Shown here piece by piece: positions 22,087-38,611 of a DNA stretch of 64,000 nt. The position numbers and the translations under genes are program-made. Each line of letters starts with the position of its first letter. The first letter of the stretch is position 1. The stretch lies in assembly GCF_053078305.1 (NCBI RefSeq), contig NZ_CP166879.1. One strand, given 5' to 3'. The notes beneath the pieces are model-generated. The model did not search any database and had not been told where the DNA came from. It saw only the letters and a list, made by a program, of their open reading frames with translations.

Positions 22087-22124
22087 AAAAGACATCAGTT
22101 GAATAAACATTCACAGAGACTTTT

Positions 22125-22175
22125 ATGACACGCGTTCAATTTAAACACCACCATCATCACCATCATCCTGACTAG
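22125..22175 (+). CDS. hisL: his operon leader peptide
   Basis: 16-codon ORF MTRVQFKHHHHHHHPD with seven consecutive His codons. Confidence 0.92.
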   Translation: MTRVQFKHHHHHHHPD

Positions 22176-22237
22176 TCTTTCAGGCGATGTGTGCTGGAAG
22201 ACATTCAGATCTTCCAGTGGTGCATGAACGCATGAGA

Positions 22238-22274
22238 AAGCCCCCGGAAGATCACCTTCCGGGGGCTTTTTTAT
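22238..22274 (+). terminator. his attenuator terminator (agcccccggaag...cttccgggggcttttttatt)
   Basis: GC-rich hairpin plus T-run between hisL and hisG. Confidence 0.85.
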
Positions 22275-22320
22275 TGCGCGGTTGATAACGGTTCAGACAG
22301 GTTTAAAGAGGAATAAGAAA

Positions 22321-23220
22321 ATGACAGACAACACTCGTTTACGCATAGCTATGCAGAAATCCGGCCGTTTAAGTGATGACTCACGCGAATTGCTGGCGCG
22401 CTGTGGCATTAAAATCAATCTTCACACCCAGCGCCTGATCGCGATGGCAGAAAACATGCCGATTGATATTCTGCGCGTGCGTGACGACGACATTCCCGGT
22501 CTGGTAATGGATGGCGTGGTAGACCTTGGGATTATCGGCGAAAACGTACTGGAAGAAGAACTGCTTAACCGCCGCGCCCAGGGTGAAGATCCGCGCTACT
22601 TTACCCTGCGTCGTCTGGATTTCGGCGGCTGCCGACTTTCACTGGCAACGCCGGTTGATGAAGCCTGGGACGGCCCACTCTCCTTAAACGGTAAACGTAT
22701 CGCCACCTCTTATCCTCACCTGCTCAAGCGTTATCTCGACCAGAAAGGTATCTCTTTTAAATCCTGCTTACTGAACGGTTCTGTTGAAGTCGCCCCGCGT
22801 GCCGGACTGGCGGATGCGATTTGCGATCTGGTTTCCACCGGTGCCACGCTGGAAGCAAACGGCCTGCGCGAAGTCGAAGTTATCTACCGCTCGAAAGCTT
22901 GCCTGATCCAGCGCGATGGTGAAATGGAAGAATCCAAACAGCAGCTGATCGACAAACTGCTGCCCCGTATTCAGGGTGTGATCCAGGCGCGCGAATCAAA
23001 ATACATCATGATGCACGCACCGACCGAACGTCTGGATGAAGTCATCGCCCTGCTGCCAGGTGCCGAACGCCCAACTATTCTACCGCTAGCGGGTGATCAA
23101 CAGCGCGTAGCGATGCACATGGTCAGTAGCGAAACCCTGTTCTGGGAAACGATGGAAAAACTGAAAGCGCTGGGTGCCAGTTCGATTCTGGTCCTGCCGA
23201 TTGAGAAGATGATGGAGTGA
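22321..23220 (+). CDS. hisG: ATP phosphoribosyltransferase
   Basis: ORF 22282..23220; conserved start [17 protein letters not shown] at 22321 gives 299 aa. Confidence 0.93.
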   Translation: MTDNTRLRIAMQKSGRLSDDSRELLARCGIKINLHTQRLIAMAENMPIDILRVRDDDIPGLVMDGVVDLGIIGENVLEEELLNRRAQGEDPRYFTLRRLDFGGCRLSLATPVDEAWDGPLSLNGKRIATSYPHLLKRYLDQKGISFKSCLLNGSVEVAPRAGLADAICDLVSTGATLEANGLREVEVIYRSKACLIQRDGEMEESKQQLIDKLLPRIQGVIQARESKYIMMHAPTERLDEVIALLPGAERPTILPLAGDQQRVAMHMVSSETLFWETMEKLKALGASSILVLPIEKMME

Positions 23221-23225
23221 TCGCC

Positions 23226-25596
<2,371 letters not shown>

Positions 25597-25597
<1 letters not shown>

Positions 25598-26663
25598 TGA
25601 GTCAGAAGTATCTTTTTATCGATCGCGATGGAACCCTGATTAGCGAACCGCCGAGTGATTTTCAGGTGGACCGTTTTGACAAACTCGCCTTTGAACCAGG
25701 CGTGATCCCGGAGCTACTGAAGCTGCAAAAAGCGGGCTACAAGCTGGTGATGATCACTAATCAGGATGGTCTGGGAACACAAAGTTTCCCGCAGGCGGAT
25801 TTTGATGGCCCGCACAACCTGATGATGCAGATCTTCACCTCGCAAGGCGTGCAGTTTGATGAAGTGCTGATTTGTCCGCACCTGCCCGCAGATGAGTGCG
25901 ACTGCCGTAAGCCGAAAGTAAAACTGGTGGAGCGTTATCTGGCTGAGCAAGCGATGGATCGCGCCAACAGTTATGTGATTGGCGATCGCGCGACCGATAT
26001 TCAACTGGCGGAAAACATGGGCATTAATGGTTTACGCTACGACCGCGAAACCCTGAACTGGCCGATGATTGGCGAGCAACTCACCAGACGTGATCGTTAC
26101 GCCCACGTGGTGCGCAACACCAAAGAGACGCAGATTGACGTTCAGGTGTGGCTGGATCGCGAAGGTGGCAGCAAGATTAACACCGGCGTTGGCTTCTTTG
26201 ATCATATGCTGGATCAGATCGCCACCCACGGCGGTTTCCGCATGGAAATCAACGTCAAAGGCGACCTCTATATCGACGATCACCACACCGTCGAAGATAC
26301 CGGCCTGGCGCTGGGTGAAGCGTTAAAAATTGCCCTCGGCGATAAACGCGGTATTTGTCGCTTTGGTTTTGTGCTACCGATGGACGAATGCCTTGCCCGC
26401 TGCGCGCTGGATATCTCTGGTCGCCCGCACCTGGAATATAAAGCCGAGTTTACCTACCAGCGCGTGGGCGATCTCAGCACCGAAATGATCGAGCACTTCT
26501 TCCGTTCGCTCTCTTACACCATGGGCGTCACGCTGCACCTGAAAACTAAAGGTAAAAACGATCACCACCGTGTAGAGAGCCTGTTCAAAGCCTTTGGTCG
26601 CACCCTGCGCCAGGCCATCCGCGTGGAAGGCGACACCCTGCCCTCGTCGAAAGGAGTGCTGTA

Positions 26664-26664
<1 letters not shown>
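25597..26664 (+). CDS. hisB: Bifunctional histidinol-phosphatase / imidazoleglycerol-phosphate dehydratase
   Basis: ORF 25594..26664; [18 protein letters not shown] motif; 355 aa. Confidence 0.93.
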
Positions 26665-28742
<2,078 letters not shown>

Positions 28743-28749
<7 letters not shown>

Positions 28750-29354
28750 CAGAACAACAACGTCGCGAACTGGACTGGGAAAAAACCGACGGACTGATGC
28801 CGGTGATTGTGCAACACGCGGTATCCGGCGAAGTGTTAATGCTGGGCTATATGAACCCGGAAGCCTTAGATAAAACCATCGAAAGCGGCAAAGTCACCTT
28901 CTTCTCGCGCACTAAACAGCGACTGTGGACCAAAGGCGAAACGTCGGGCAATTTCCTCAACGTAGTAAATATTGCGCCGGACTGCGACAACGACACGCTA
29001 CTGGTACTGGCGAATCCTATCGGACCAACCTGCCACAAAGGCACCAGCAGCTGCTTCGGCGACACCGCTCACCAATGGCTGTTCCTGTATCAACTGGAAC
29101 AACTGCTCGCCGAACGTAAATCTGCCGACCCGGAAACCTCTTACACCGCCAAACTGTATGCCAGCGGCACCAAACGCATTGCGCAGAAAGTGGGCGAAGA
29201 AGGCGTGGAAACCGCACTGGCAGCGACAGTACATGACCGCTTTGAGCTCACCAACGAGGCGTCTGATTTGATGTATCACCTGCTGGTGCTGTTGCAGGAT
29301 CAGGGGCTGGATTTAACGACGGTAATTGAGAACCTGCGTAAACGGCATCAGTGA
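28743..29354 (+). CDS. hisI: Bifunctional phosphoribosyl-AMP cyclohydrolase / phosphoribosyl-ATP pyrophosphatase
   Basis: 203-aa ORF; last gene of his operon. Confidence 0.93.
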
Positions 29355-29390
29355 GTTGCGGGGTAAGCAGATGCGATGTTATTGTCGCAT

Positions 29391-29437
29391 CCGGCAAAAA
29401 AAAAACGGGCAAGGTGTCACCACCCTGCCCATTTTCT
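29391..29437. terminator. Bidirectional terminator between convergent hisI and wzzB
   Basis: A10 run, hairpin gggcaaggtg/caccctgccc, then T-rich tract; works on both strands. Confidence 0.65.
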
Positions 29438-29452
29438 TTAAAACCGAAAAGA

Positions 29453-30430
29453 TTACTTCGCGTTGTAATTACGCAGAGCGTTACGCCCCAGCACAATCCC
29501 CGCGCCAACCATGCCGCCCAGCAGCACCGCCAGAATCAAGGTGATTGCCTTTTTCGGACTATCGCGACGAATAGGTAACGTCGGTTTCATTACATAGCGG
29601 TAAGCATGAATATCAAGATCATCAACTTTTAAGCTTTCGATATCCAGCAGGTTTTGACGTGTCTGATAGTAGTTTGGTGAGAACACCAACGGACGGGTCG
29701 CCTCGTGCTTAATCATCGACTCCAGCGCTTCGCTCCCCAAAAGGAACAACGTATCTTGTGTCACATCTTCAGTCTGCTGAACCTGTGGCTTTGTCACCTG
29801 CGCCTGATTCGCATACTGCAACGCTTCCTGAATCTGACGGATACGCAGATCTTTCTGCTCTTGCGCGACTACTTCCTGAGTTCTTAAAGAGTCCTGCAAG
29901 TTTTTCCGTCCCAGAGCAATGTTGTCCTTGAGATCCTTTTCTAGCTCTTGATTCACTTTATCATCAATTTGCTGAATGTATTGGGCCAACTTCATTTGTG
30001 CTCCCTCTGCAGTTTGCCCAACATAAGAAACAGTCAATGGTAATTGCTGGTTCTTAACAGAAGGTTCGATGGTAAGTTTTTCTGGTTCTTCCTGATTATC
30101 CAGCGTTTCTGCTAATGCAGAGAAGGCAGAACTGAAGCGACCAATTAACGTCTCCTGTAAATCCGATACTTTCGGTGCAGCCTGACCATAGATAACATTC
30201 ATGGCATTGTTATAGCCAGCAATTTGCCCCACGTCGGGCTGAGTGATAATTGCTGTTGACGTCCATTTCTCCTTCGCTACTGCCAAATATCCAATAGCCA
30301 GGGCAATAGCCACAATGACAGAGATGATAATTGTCATCTTGCCGCGCCACAACTGCACCAGTAAATCAATCAAATCAATCTGTTCCGGGTCATGGTTTTG
30401 CCCAGAAACATTATTATTTTCTACTCTCAT
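29453..30430 (-). CDS. wzzB: O-antigen chain-length determinant (polysaccharide co-polymerase)
   Basis: ORF 29453..30487; conserved region from MRVENNNVSGQNHDPEQIDLIDLL; two TM segments flanking coiled-coil periplasmic domain. Confidence 0.88.
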   Translation of the reverse strand: MRVENNNVSGQNHDPEQIDLIDLLVQLWRGKMTIIISVIVAIALAIGYLAVAKEKWTSTAIITQPDVGQIAGYNNAMNVIYGQAAPKVSDLQETLIGRFSSAFSALAETLDNQEEPEKLTIEPSVKNQQLPLTVSYVGQTAEGAQMKLAQYIQQIDDKVNQELEKDLKDNIALGRKNLQDSLRTQEVVAQEQKDLRIRQIQEALQYANQAQVTKPQVQQTEDVTQDTLFLLGSEALESMIKHEATRPLVFSPNYYQTRQNLLDIESLKVDDLDIHAYRYVMKPTLPIRRDSPKKAITLILAVLLGGMVGAGIVLGRNALRNYNAK

Positions 30431-30576
30431 CATTACCCTAACGGACGAAATAATTTTAAGTCGCCATAGTTTAGCGATAATCGCCATGAATGCTATAGGA
30501 TAAATGATAAAAATAATGAATTATTACAAAGGGAACATAAGAGAATCAGGGCGAAAATCGCCCTGATAACAAGATG

Positions 30577-31752
<1,176 letters not shown>

Positions 31753-31939
31753 TCAGAATTAACTTAACTGTGAATCATGATGTTTTTAGCATCCTGATAA
31801 GAGCTAAAAGTTTTAACGCTACGTTGTTCGATGGTCAACGCAACGAAAAACAATTCAGATTTTCTTTATAAGAATAGCTGATATTTATTAAGTTAATATT
31901 AAGCAGTGAAATTTAGTCTATAAGATAAATGGCAAAAAA

Positions 31940-31972
31940 AAAGCCCGGTGCAATATACGCCGGGCCTCAATT
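31940..31972 (-). terminator. Rho-independent terminator downstream of gnd (gcccggcg...caccgggc + T9 on minus strand)
   Basis: Hairpin and T-run read on the minus strand just past the gnd stop. Confidence 0.6.
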
Positions 31973-31992
31973 TTATTGTTGGTTAAATCAGA

Positions 31993-33399
31993 TTAATCCA
32001 GCCATTCAGTATGGAACACACCTTCTTTATCAATGCGCTTATAAGTATGTGCACCGAAATAGTCACGCTGTGCCTGGATCAGGTTCGCAGGCAGAACAGC
32101 GGCACGGTAGCTATCGTAATAGGCAACCGCAGCGGCGAAGGTCGGAACCGGGATACCGTTCTGTACTGCATAAGCAACGACATCACGCAGCGCCTGCTGG
32201 TAGTCATCGGCAATTTGCTTGAAGTACGGAGCCAGCAGCAGGTTAGCGATCTGTGGATTTTCGGCATAAGCATCGGTGATTTTCTGCAAGAACTGCGCAC
32301 GGATGATGCAGCCAGCACGGAAAATCTTCGCGATTTCGCCGTAGTTCAGATCCCAGTTGTACTCTTCAGACGCCGCACGCAGCTGAGAGAAGCCCTGAGC
32401 GTAAGAAACGATTTTGCCCAGATACAGAGCACGACGAACTTTTTCGATGAACTCACCTTTGTCGCCAGCTGGCTGCGCTTGCGGGCCAGAGAGAACTTTA
32501 GATGCGGCAACACGCTGCTCTTTCAGAGAAGAGATATAACGAGCAAACACAGACTCGGTAATCAGCGACAGTGGTTCGCCGAGATCCAGCGCGCTCTGGC
32601 TGGTCCATTTACCGGTACCTTTGTTTGCTGCTTCATCCAGAATCACATCAACCAGGTAGTTACCGTCTTCATCTTTTTTGGTGAAGATATCTTTGGTGAT
32701 GTCGATCAGGTAGCTGCTCAGTTCACCGTTATTCCACTCGGTAAAGGTCTGTGCCAGTTCTTCGTTAGAGAGATTCAGGCCGCCTTTCAGGAGAGAATAG
32801 GCTTCAGCAATCAGTTGCATATCACCGTATTCAATACCGTTGTGAACCATCTTCACATAATGGCCTGCGCCATCAGCACCGATATAGGTAACGCACGGTT
32901 CGCCATCTTCAGCAACGGCGGCGATTTTGGTCAGGATCGGCGCAACCAGTTCATAGGCTTCTTTCTGGCCACCAGGCATGATGGACGGCCCTTTCAGCGC
33001 CCCCTCTTCACCGCCGGAAACACCGGTACCGATGAAGTTAAAGCCCTCTGCTGAAAGCTCACGATTACGACGAATAGTGTCCTGGAAGAAGGTGTTACCA
33101 CCATCAATGATGATGTCACCTTTATCGAGATATGGTTTGAGGGAATCAATAGCAGCATCCGTGCCTGCACCTGCTTTCACCATTAACAGGATGCGACGAG
33201 GCGTTTCCAGAGATTCAACAAACTCTTTCACCGTATAGTAAGGAACCAGCTTCTTGCCTGGATTTTCGGCAATCACTTCTTCCGTCTTTTCACGGGAACG
33301 GTTGAAAATAGAGACGGTATAACCACGGCTTTCGATGTTGAGCGCAAGGTTGCGCCCCATCACTGCCATACCGACTACGCCGATCTGTTGCTTTGACAT
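31993..33399 (-). CDS. gnd: 6-phosphogluconate dehydrogenase (decarboxylating)
   Basis: 468-aa [30 protein letters not shown]. Confidence 0.95.
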   Translation of the reverse strand: MSKQQIGVVGMAVMGRNLALNIESRGYTVSIFNRSREKTEEVIAENPGKKLVPYYTVKEFVESLETPRRILLMVKAGAGTDAAIDSLKPYLDKGDIIIDGGNTFFQDTIRRNRELSAEGFNFIGTGVSGGEEGALKGPSIMPGGQKEAYELVAPILTKIAAVAEDGEPCVTYIGADGAGHYVKMVHNGIEYGDMQLIAEAYSLLKGGLNLSNEELAQTFTEWNNGELSSYLIDITKDIFTKKDEDGNYLVDVILDEAANKGTGKWTSQSALDLGEPLSLITESVFARYISSLKEQRVAASKVLSGPQAQPAGDKGEFIEKVRRALYLGKIVSYAQGFSQLRAASEEYNWDLNYGEIAKIFRAGCIIRAQFLQKITDAYAENPQIANLLLAPYFKQIADDYQQALRDVVAYAVQNGIPVPTFAAAVAYYDSYRAAVLPANLIQAQRDYFGAHTYKRIDKEGVFHTEWLD

Positions 33400-33562
33400 T
33401 GTTTACTCCTGTCAGGGGGTGGTCACCGCCGAGTGTGCGGCTTAAATGTGGTATAGATGTTAACTCACTCATAGAGATGGTGAATAGCATTACCTTTGCT
33501 ATACCACACTGAATGTCTCACCTTTTCCGTCATTTAAAACTTATTTATATGAAATTACTGAA

Positions 33563-34933
33563 TTACTTGTTCAGTAACTCAAGGATAAGTTTTGTCTTTT
33601 CTTCCATCAGCGGCACATCACCGCGAGATTCCACATTCAACCGCACCACCGGTTCGGTGTTGGAGGTGCGCAGGTTAAAGCGCCAATCGGCAAAGGTCAT
33701 GCTGATGCCATCGGTGCGATCCACCGCCAGCGCCTCACGGCTAAAATGCTGTTCCACGCGGTTAATCGCCTCAACGGGTTGCGCCAGTTTGCTGTTGATC
33801 TCACCGCTTGCCGGAAACGCCGCCATCCGGTCGCGCACCAGTTCGCCCAGCGTTTTTCCTTTCAGGCACACCAGTTCGGCTACCAGCAGCCACGGGATCA
33901 TGCCGCTGTCGCAGTAAGCGAAATCACGGAAGTAATGGTGGGCGCTCATTTCGCCACCGTAGATGGCGTCCTCCTTGCGCATACGTTCTTTAATAAAGGC
34001 GTGTCCGGTTTTCGACATTACCGGGGTGCCGCCTGCGGCAGTCACCACATCAACGGTGTTCCAGGAGAGACGTGGATCGTGGATGATCTTCGCGCCGGGA
34101 TTTTTTTCGAGGAATGCTTCTGCCAGCAGACCGACAATGTAGTAGCCCTCGATAAACTGCCCTTTTTCGTCAAACAGGAAACAGCGGTCAAAATCGCCAT
34201 CAAAGGCAATGCCCATATCCGCGCCGTGTTTGATGACCGCATTACGGGTGTCGTCGCGGCATTCTGGCAGTAGCGGGTTAGGAATACCGTTGGGGAAATT
34301 GCCGTCCGGCGTGTTGTGCACTTTGATTAATTCCACGGGTGCGCCGAGGGCTTTAAAGCGGGCTTCAATGGCGTCCACTACCGGCCCCGCTGCGCCGTTC
34401 CCGGAGTTAATCACCAGCTTGAGCGGCGTGAGGTTTTTGACGTTGATATAACCGAACAGGTGATCAACGTAAGCGTCACGCAGATTGATTTGCTGATAGC
34501 GACCGCGTTTGGTTTCATCGACGGGAGGAAAGTCGTTGGCTTCTGCCAGGCGCTGGACATCGCGCAGTCCGGTATCACCGCTGATCGGGCGAGCCCCTTC
34601 GCGCACGAGTTTCATGCCGTTGTAATCCATCGGGTTATGGCTGGCGGTAACTTCGATGCCGCCATCCACGCCGAGATGGAACGTGGCGAAATAGATCTCT
34701 TCGGTGCCGGACATGCCAATATCCAGCACATCGACGCCCGCATCCTGTAAACCTTTCGCCAGCGCCAGTTTTAAGGTTTCGCTGGTGAGGCGGACATCAC
34801 CGCCTAACACAATGGTTTTCGGTTTGAGAAATTCGCCATAGGCGCGACCAATGCGCCACGCAATATCTTCATTCAGTTCTTCGCCTAATTTCCCGCGAAT
34901 ATCATAGGCTTTAAAGCAGGTTAATTTTTTCAT
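33563..34933 (-). CDS. manB: Phosphomannomutase (O-antigen cluster copy); mosaic with cpsG
   Basis: 456-aa intact [23 protein letters not shown]...; nearly identical at DNA level to cpsG at 55.9-57.3 kb except the last ~45 bp. Confidence 0.9.
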   Translation of the reverse strand: MKKLTCFKAYDIRGKLGEELNEDIAWRIGRAYGEFLKPKTIVLGGDVRLTSETLKLALAKGLQDAGVDVLDIGMSGTEEIYFATFHLGVDGGIEVTASHNPMDYNGMKLVREGARPISGDTGLRDVQRLAEANDFPPVDETKRGRYQQINLRDAYVDHLFGYINVKNLTPLKLVINSGNGAAGPVVDAIEARFKALGAPVELIKVHNTPDGNFPNGIPNPLLPECRDDTRNAVIKHGADMGIAFDGDFDRCFLFDEKGQFIEGYYIVGLLAEAFLEKNPGAKIIHDPRLSWNTVDVVTAAGGTPVMSKTGHAFIKERMRKEDAIYGGEMSAHHYFRDFAYCDSGMIPWLLVAELVCLKGKTLGELVRDRMAAFPASGEINSKLAQPVEAINRVEQHFSREALAVDRTDGISMTFADWRFNLRTSNTEPVVRLNVESRGDVPLMEEKTKLILELLNK

Positions 34934-34957
34934 ATAAAAACCTTACCAATAATAAAA

Positions 34958-35716
34958 TTATTTATGCGCAAACAATTGCATTAGTTTTGAGATTTTTCTG
35001 ATAATGATAGCAATTTTCCAATTTACATTATGGTTTTTCATAACTTCTACAATTTCCTTTGTACTTGATATCGCGTTATCAATTCTGGTACTTTCCCCAC
35101 CCAATCTCATCTTTACAAATACTTGAGGAACATAAATAACTTTAATATCATCACGTTTCAAAATCCTGACCATCTGATCATAGTCTGCAGCAATCCTATA
35201 GGATAAATCAAAATATCCATCGTCTTTATATAATTCCCTCCTCATATAGAAAGATGGATGCGGTGGTGCCCAGCCTAATGATAGCTTAGAACGTTTAAAA
35301 GGACCACTACGCCAGTATCGTTTGATTATATCAATTTGGTTTTTTTCGAAAAAAACCAAATCACCGTATACAACATCCGCTTTTGTCTCATGGAAACGGC
35401 TTACAATAGTTTCAATAATATCAGGTCTTGCTAAAAGGTCATCAGAATGAACGAATCCAATAATATCTCCCGTAGATAAATTTATACCTTTATTTAAAGC
35501 ATCATAGATACCGTTATCGCTTTCTGATAGACATTTGGTTACTCTTGTTGATACTTCGTTAATTAGTTTTAACGTATTATCTGTAGAACCACCATCAATA
35601 ATTATATACTCTATATCTTTATAGGTTTGCAACTCTATTGACTCTAAAGTATCCCTTAAAGTCTTTTCACTATTATAAGTCACTGTAATAATACTGACTT
35701 TCATTTTAACATCCAA
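34958..35716 (-). CDS. Glycosyltransferase family 2 (WcaE-like)
   Basis: 252-aa ORF with GT-A fold signatures (SIITVTYNSEKTL, IIDGGSTDNT, DD motif); AT-rich; start codon uncertain (MDVKM or MKVSII). Confidence 0.75.
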   Translation of the reverse strand: MDVKMKVSIITVTYNSEKTLRDTLESIELQTYKDIEYIIIDGGSTDNTLKLINEVSTRVTKCLSESDNGIYDALNKGINLSTGDIIGFVHSDDLLARPDIIETIVSRFHETKADVVYGDLVFFEKNQIDIIKRYWRSGPFKRSKLSLGWAPPHPSFYMRRELYKDDGYFDLSYRIAADYDQMVRILKRDDIKVIYVPQVFVKMRLGGESTRIDNAISSTKEIVEVMKNHNVNWKIAIIIRKISKLMQLFAHK

Positions 35717-35787
35717 TAATAATCATAATTAAATAACGTCAGTACAGCATTACGAATAATAATGTTGCATTAGTATCCAGCATCATT

Positions 35788-37188
35788 TTAGATTCTAACA
35801 ACATCATCTTCATCCAAGTAGACACCTGAACGTACCTCAATAATCTCCAAAGGGATCTTTCCTGGATTCTCAATAAAATGAGGTACACCTATTGGTATAT
35901 AAGTTGATTCATTTTCAGAAACAAGAAATATTTCATCTTCATAATGGACTTTTGCTGTTCCAGAAACAACAATCCAATGCTCAGTACGATGGTAATGAAT
36001 CTGTTTAGCAGTTTTATGTCCAGGATGAATAACGACATGTTTAACCTCAAATCGAGATCCTTCCGCTATAGAGTCATGACTGCCCCATGGCCTAAATATT
36101 TCACGATGCTGCAGATATTCCGTACGGTTATTAACTTTAAGTTTTTCTACAATATTTTTTACCTGTTGAACTTTATCTTTATGCGCAACGAGAATAGCAT
36201 CTTTAGTTTCAACAACTACTAAATCTTTAACTCCTACTACACCAATTAATCTATGTTGTGAGTAAAGATAACTGTCAGAAGAATCATGAATTAATACATC
36301 TCCTCTAATTGCATTTCCACTTTTATCTTTTCTGCTAATTTCCCATAATGCAGACCAAGAACCAACATCGCTCCAGTGGGCATTTAATGGAACTACCACA
36401 GCCTCTGTTGTTTTCTCCATAACAGCGTAATCAATGGATTCTTCAGGGCAACAACTAAATGAGTCATTATCTATACGGATAAAATCAAGATCTTGTGTAG
36501 AGGACTTCAATGCTTGTTGGCATATTTTTAGTATGTCTGGTCTAAATTTATTCAACTCATCAATAAACACAGAAGCCCTAAACATGAATATTCCACTATT
36601 CCAAAGATAATCTCCATCTTCAAGATATTTTTTGGCCACATCTAGCTCAGGCTTTTCAACAAAAGCAGAAACTTTAAAACCATATTCATTTAAATTTTCT
36701 CCGGTTTTTATGTAGCCATATCCAGTTTCGGGTTTGGTTGGCACAATACCAAAAGTTACCAGCTTACCTTCCTCTGCAAATTCTTTTGCAGCCAATATTG
36801 ACGATATAAAGCGCTTTTGGTCTTGTATTTCATGATCGGCTGCTAGTACAAGCAGTATTGGATCCTCACCTGATGAAATTGCTTTAAGAGCAGCAAGCGC
36901 AACTGCGGGGGCTGTATTACGACCTATCGGCTCTAGTAAAATGCCACTATTCGCTAAATTTACATTACGCATCTGTTCTGCAACGATAAAACGATGAACT
37001 TCATTACAAATAACCAGAGCAGGACGATGTTCAACCCCTTCAAGCCTTCTTAAGGTCTCTTGTAGCATAGTCAAACGACTAGTTAACGATAGGAATTGCT
37101 TCGGATATAGTGTTCGAGAAAGTGGCCACAATCTAGTTCCAGAACCACCGGCCATTACAACAGGAAGTAGCATATAAATAACCTTCAC
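35788..37188 (-). CDS. manC: Mannose-1-phosphate guanylyltransferase / mannose-6-phosphate isomerase (O-antigen cluster copy)
   Basis: 466-aa ORF with [16 protein letters not shown] nucleotidyltransferase motif and C-terminal cupin; diverged paralog of cpsB. Confidence 0.88.
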   Translation of the reverse strand: MKVIYMLLPVVMAGGSGTRLWPLSRTLYPKQFLSLTSRLTMLQETLRRLEGVEHRPALVICNEVHRFIVAEQMRNVNLANSGILLEPIGRNTAPAVALAALKAISSGEDPILLVLAADHEIQDQKRFISSILAAKEFAEEGKLVTFGIVPTKPETGYGYIKTGENLNEYGFKVSAFVEKPELDVAKKYLEDGDYLWNSGIFMFRASVFIDELNKFRPDILKICQQALKSSTQDLDFIRIDNDSFSCCPEESIDYAVMEKTTEAVVVPLNAHWSDVGSWSALWEISRKDKSGNAIRGDVLIHDSSDSYLYSQHRLIGVVGVKDLVVVETKDAILVAHKDKVQQVKNIVEKLKVNNRTEYLQHREIFRPWGSHDSIAEGSRFEVKHVVIHPGHKTAKQIHYHRTEHWIVVSGTAKVHYEDEIFLVSENESTYIPIGVPHFIENPGKIPLEIIEVRSGVYLDEDDVVRI

Positions 37189-37640
37189 TTAAAATAATTT
37201 TTTGTGTACTGATGAACTGAGGAATTAGCTAACAATTCGGCTATATCGAACCAATTGTAAGTACTATGTTGTAGTGTTGGATAGTTAATTTGATGTGGCA
37301 TCAAACTAATCTCATATCCGTGTACGACATAATGAGTTGAAAAACAAGTCCCAGAAAAATTGTCGCTGTAGAAATGTTCATAAATCCCAAGAAATTTTGC
37401 TTCATTAATGCTAATTTGAACACCCAATTCTTCAAAAGTAACTCTTTTGAATGCGTTCTCGAAAGACTCATCTTTAAGAATCCGTCCCCCCGGCACAAAC
37501 CAATAATTTTGTGCTGGACGATTAAGGCGCTGACCAAGCAGCGCCTTACCATCTTCGTTTCTTATAATAAGGTCTATCGAGATTAGTGGAGTATGTTCAA
37601 CTATTGATTTAAATAACTCTGTTTCTAATCTCTTGTTCAA
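37185..37640 (-). CDS. gmm: GDP-mannose mannosyl hydrolase (Nudix), O-antigen cluster copy
   Basis: 151-aa ORF with Nudix-like region PGGRILKDESFENAFKRVTFEELG; paralog of wcaH. Confidence 0.8.
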   Translation of the reverse strand: MNKRLETELFKSIVEHTPLISIDLIIRNEDGKALLGQRLNRPAQNYWFVPGGRILKDESFENAFKRVTFEELGVQISINEAKFLGIYEHFYSDNFSGTCFSTHYVVHGYEISLMPHQINYPTLQHSTYNWFDIAELLANSSVHQYTKNYFK

Positions 37641-37642
37641 TA

Positions 37643-38608
37643 TTAACTCCTAAATGAGTCAAGATTATTTATAAACCATTTATATGTTAATTCTAGTCCT
37701 TGTTTTAAATTATAACGATATTTCCAACCCAAATTCTCAAGGCGTGTAACATCCATAAGTTTACGAGGCGAACCATCTGGTTTTGTTATATCAAAAACAA
37801 TTTTTCCATCATAGCCAACAACTAAAGCCATTGTTTCTGCCATTTCACGTATGGAACAATCAACACCAGTACCTACGTTAATATGAGATAACATTGGTTG
37901 AGTATTTTTTTTATAAATTTCATCATCAAGCTCCATCACATATACTGATGCAGCTGCCATATCATCAACATATAAAAACTCGCGTTTTGGAGTTCCCGTT
38001 CCCCAGACAACCACTTCATTTAAACCAAGTTCCTTTGCTTCATGAAAACGCCGCATAAGCGCTGGAATTACATGTGAGTTATTGGGATGAAAATTATCAT
38101 TCATACCATATAAGTTAGTAGGCATTACACTGCGATAATCACATCCATATTGGCGATTATAAGATTCACATAGCTTTATACCTGCTATTTTGGAAATAGC
38201 ATAAGGCTCATTAGTAGGCTCAAGAGTTCCCGTCAAAAGTGCAGATTCTTTCATTGGCTGTTCTGCAAACTTTGGATAGATACAACTTGACCCTAAGAAT
38301 AATAGTTTCTTTATGCCCGCTTTGTAAGATGAGTGAATAATATTGCTTTCAATAAGAAGGTTCTGATAAATAAATTCAGCTGGAAAAGTGTTATTAGCAT
38401 GAATTCCTCCTACTTTTGCTGCTGCAAGGTAAACCTGATCTATTCTCTCTTGCTCAAAAAAACATTCAACATCCTTTTGAACTGTCAAATCGAGTTCTTT
38501 GTGAGTTTTGACAATTAACTCAACATCATTACGTGCTAATAATTGACGACAAATAGCAGAACCAACCATCCCACGATGTCCAGCCACAAAAATTCGCTTC
38601 TTGGTCAT
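37643..38608 (-). CDS. fcl: GDP-L-fucose synthase (O-antigen cluster copy)
   Basis: 321-aa [26 protein letters not shown]; about 80 percent protein identity to colanic-acid fcl by eye. Confidence 0.9.
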   Translation of the reverse strand: MTKKRIFVAGHRGMVGSAICRQLLARNDVELIVKTHKELDLTVQKDVECFFEQERIDQVYLAAAKVGGIHANNTFPAEFIYQNLLIESNIIHSSYKAGIKKLLFLGSSCIYPKFAEQPMKESALLTGTLEPTNEPYAISKIAGIKLCESYNRQYGCDYRSVMPTNLYGMNDNFHPNNSHVIPALMRRFHEAKELGLNEVVVWGTGTPKREFLYVDDMAAASVYVMELDDEIYKKNTQPMLSHINVGTGVDCSIREMAETMALVVGYDGKIVFDITKPDGSPRKLMDVTRLENLGWKYRYNLKQGLELTYKWFINNLDSFRS

Positions 38609-38611
38609 ACT

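Noticed and set aside
32011..33054. 347-aa plus-strand ORF
   Set aside because: Lies entirely antisense within gnd; long open frames opposite highly expressed GC-biased genes are common artefacts.
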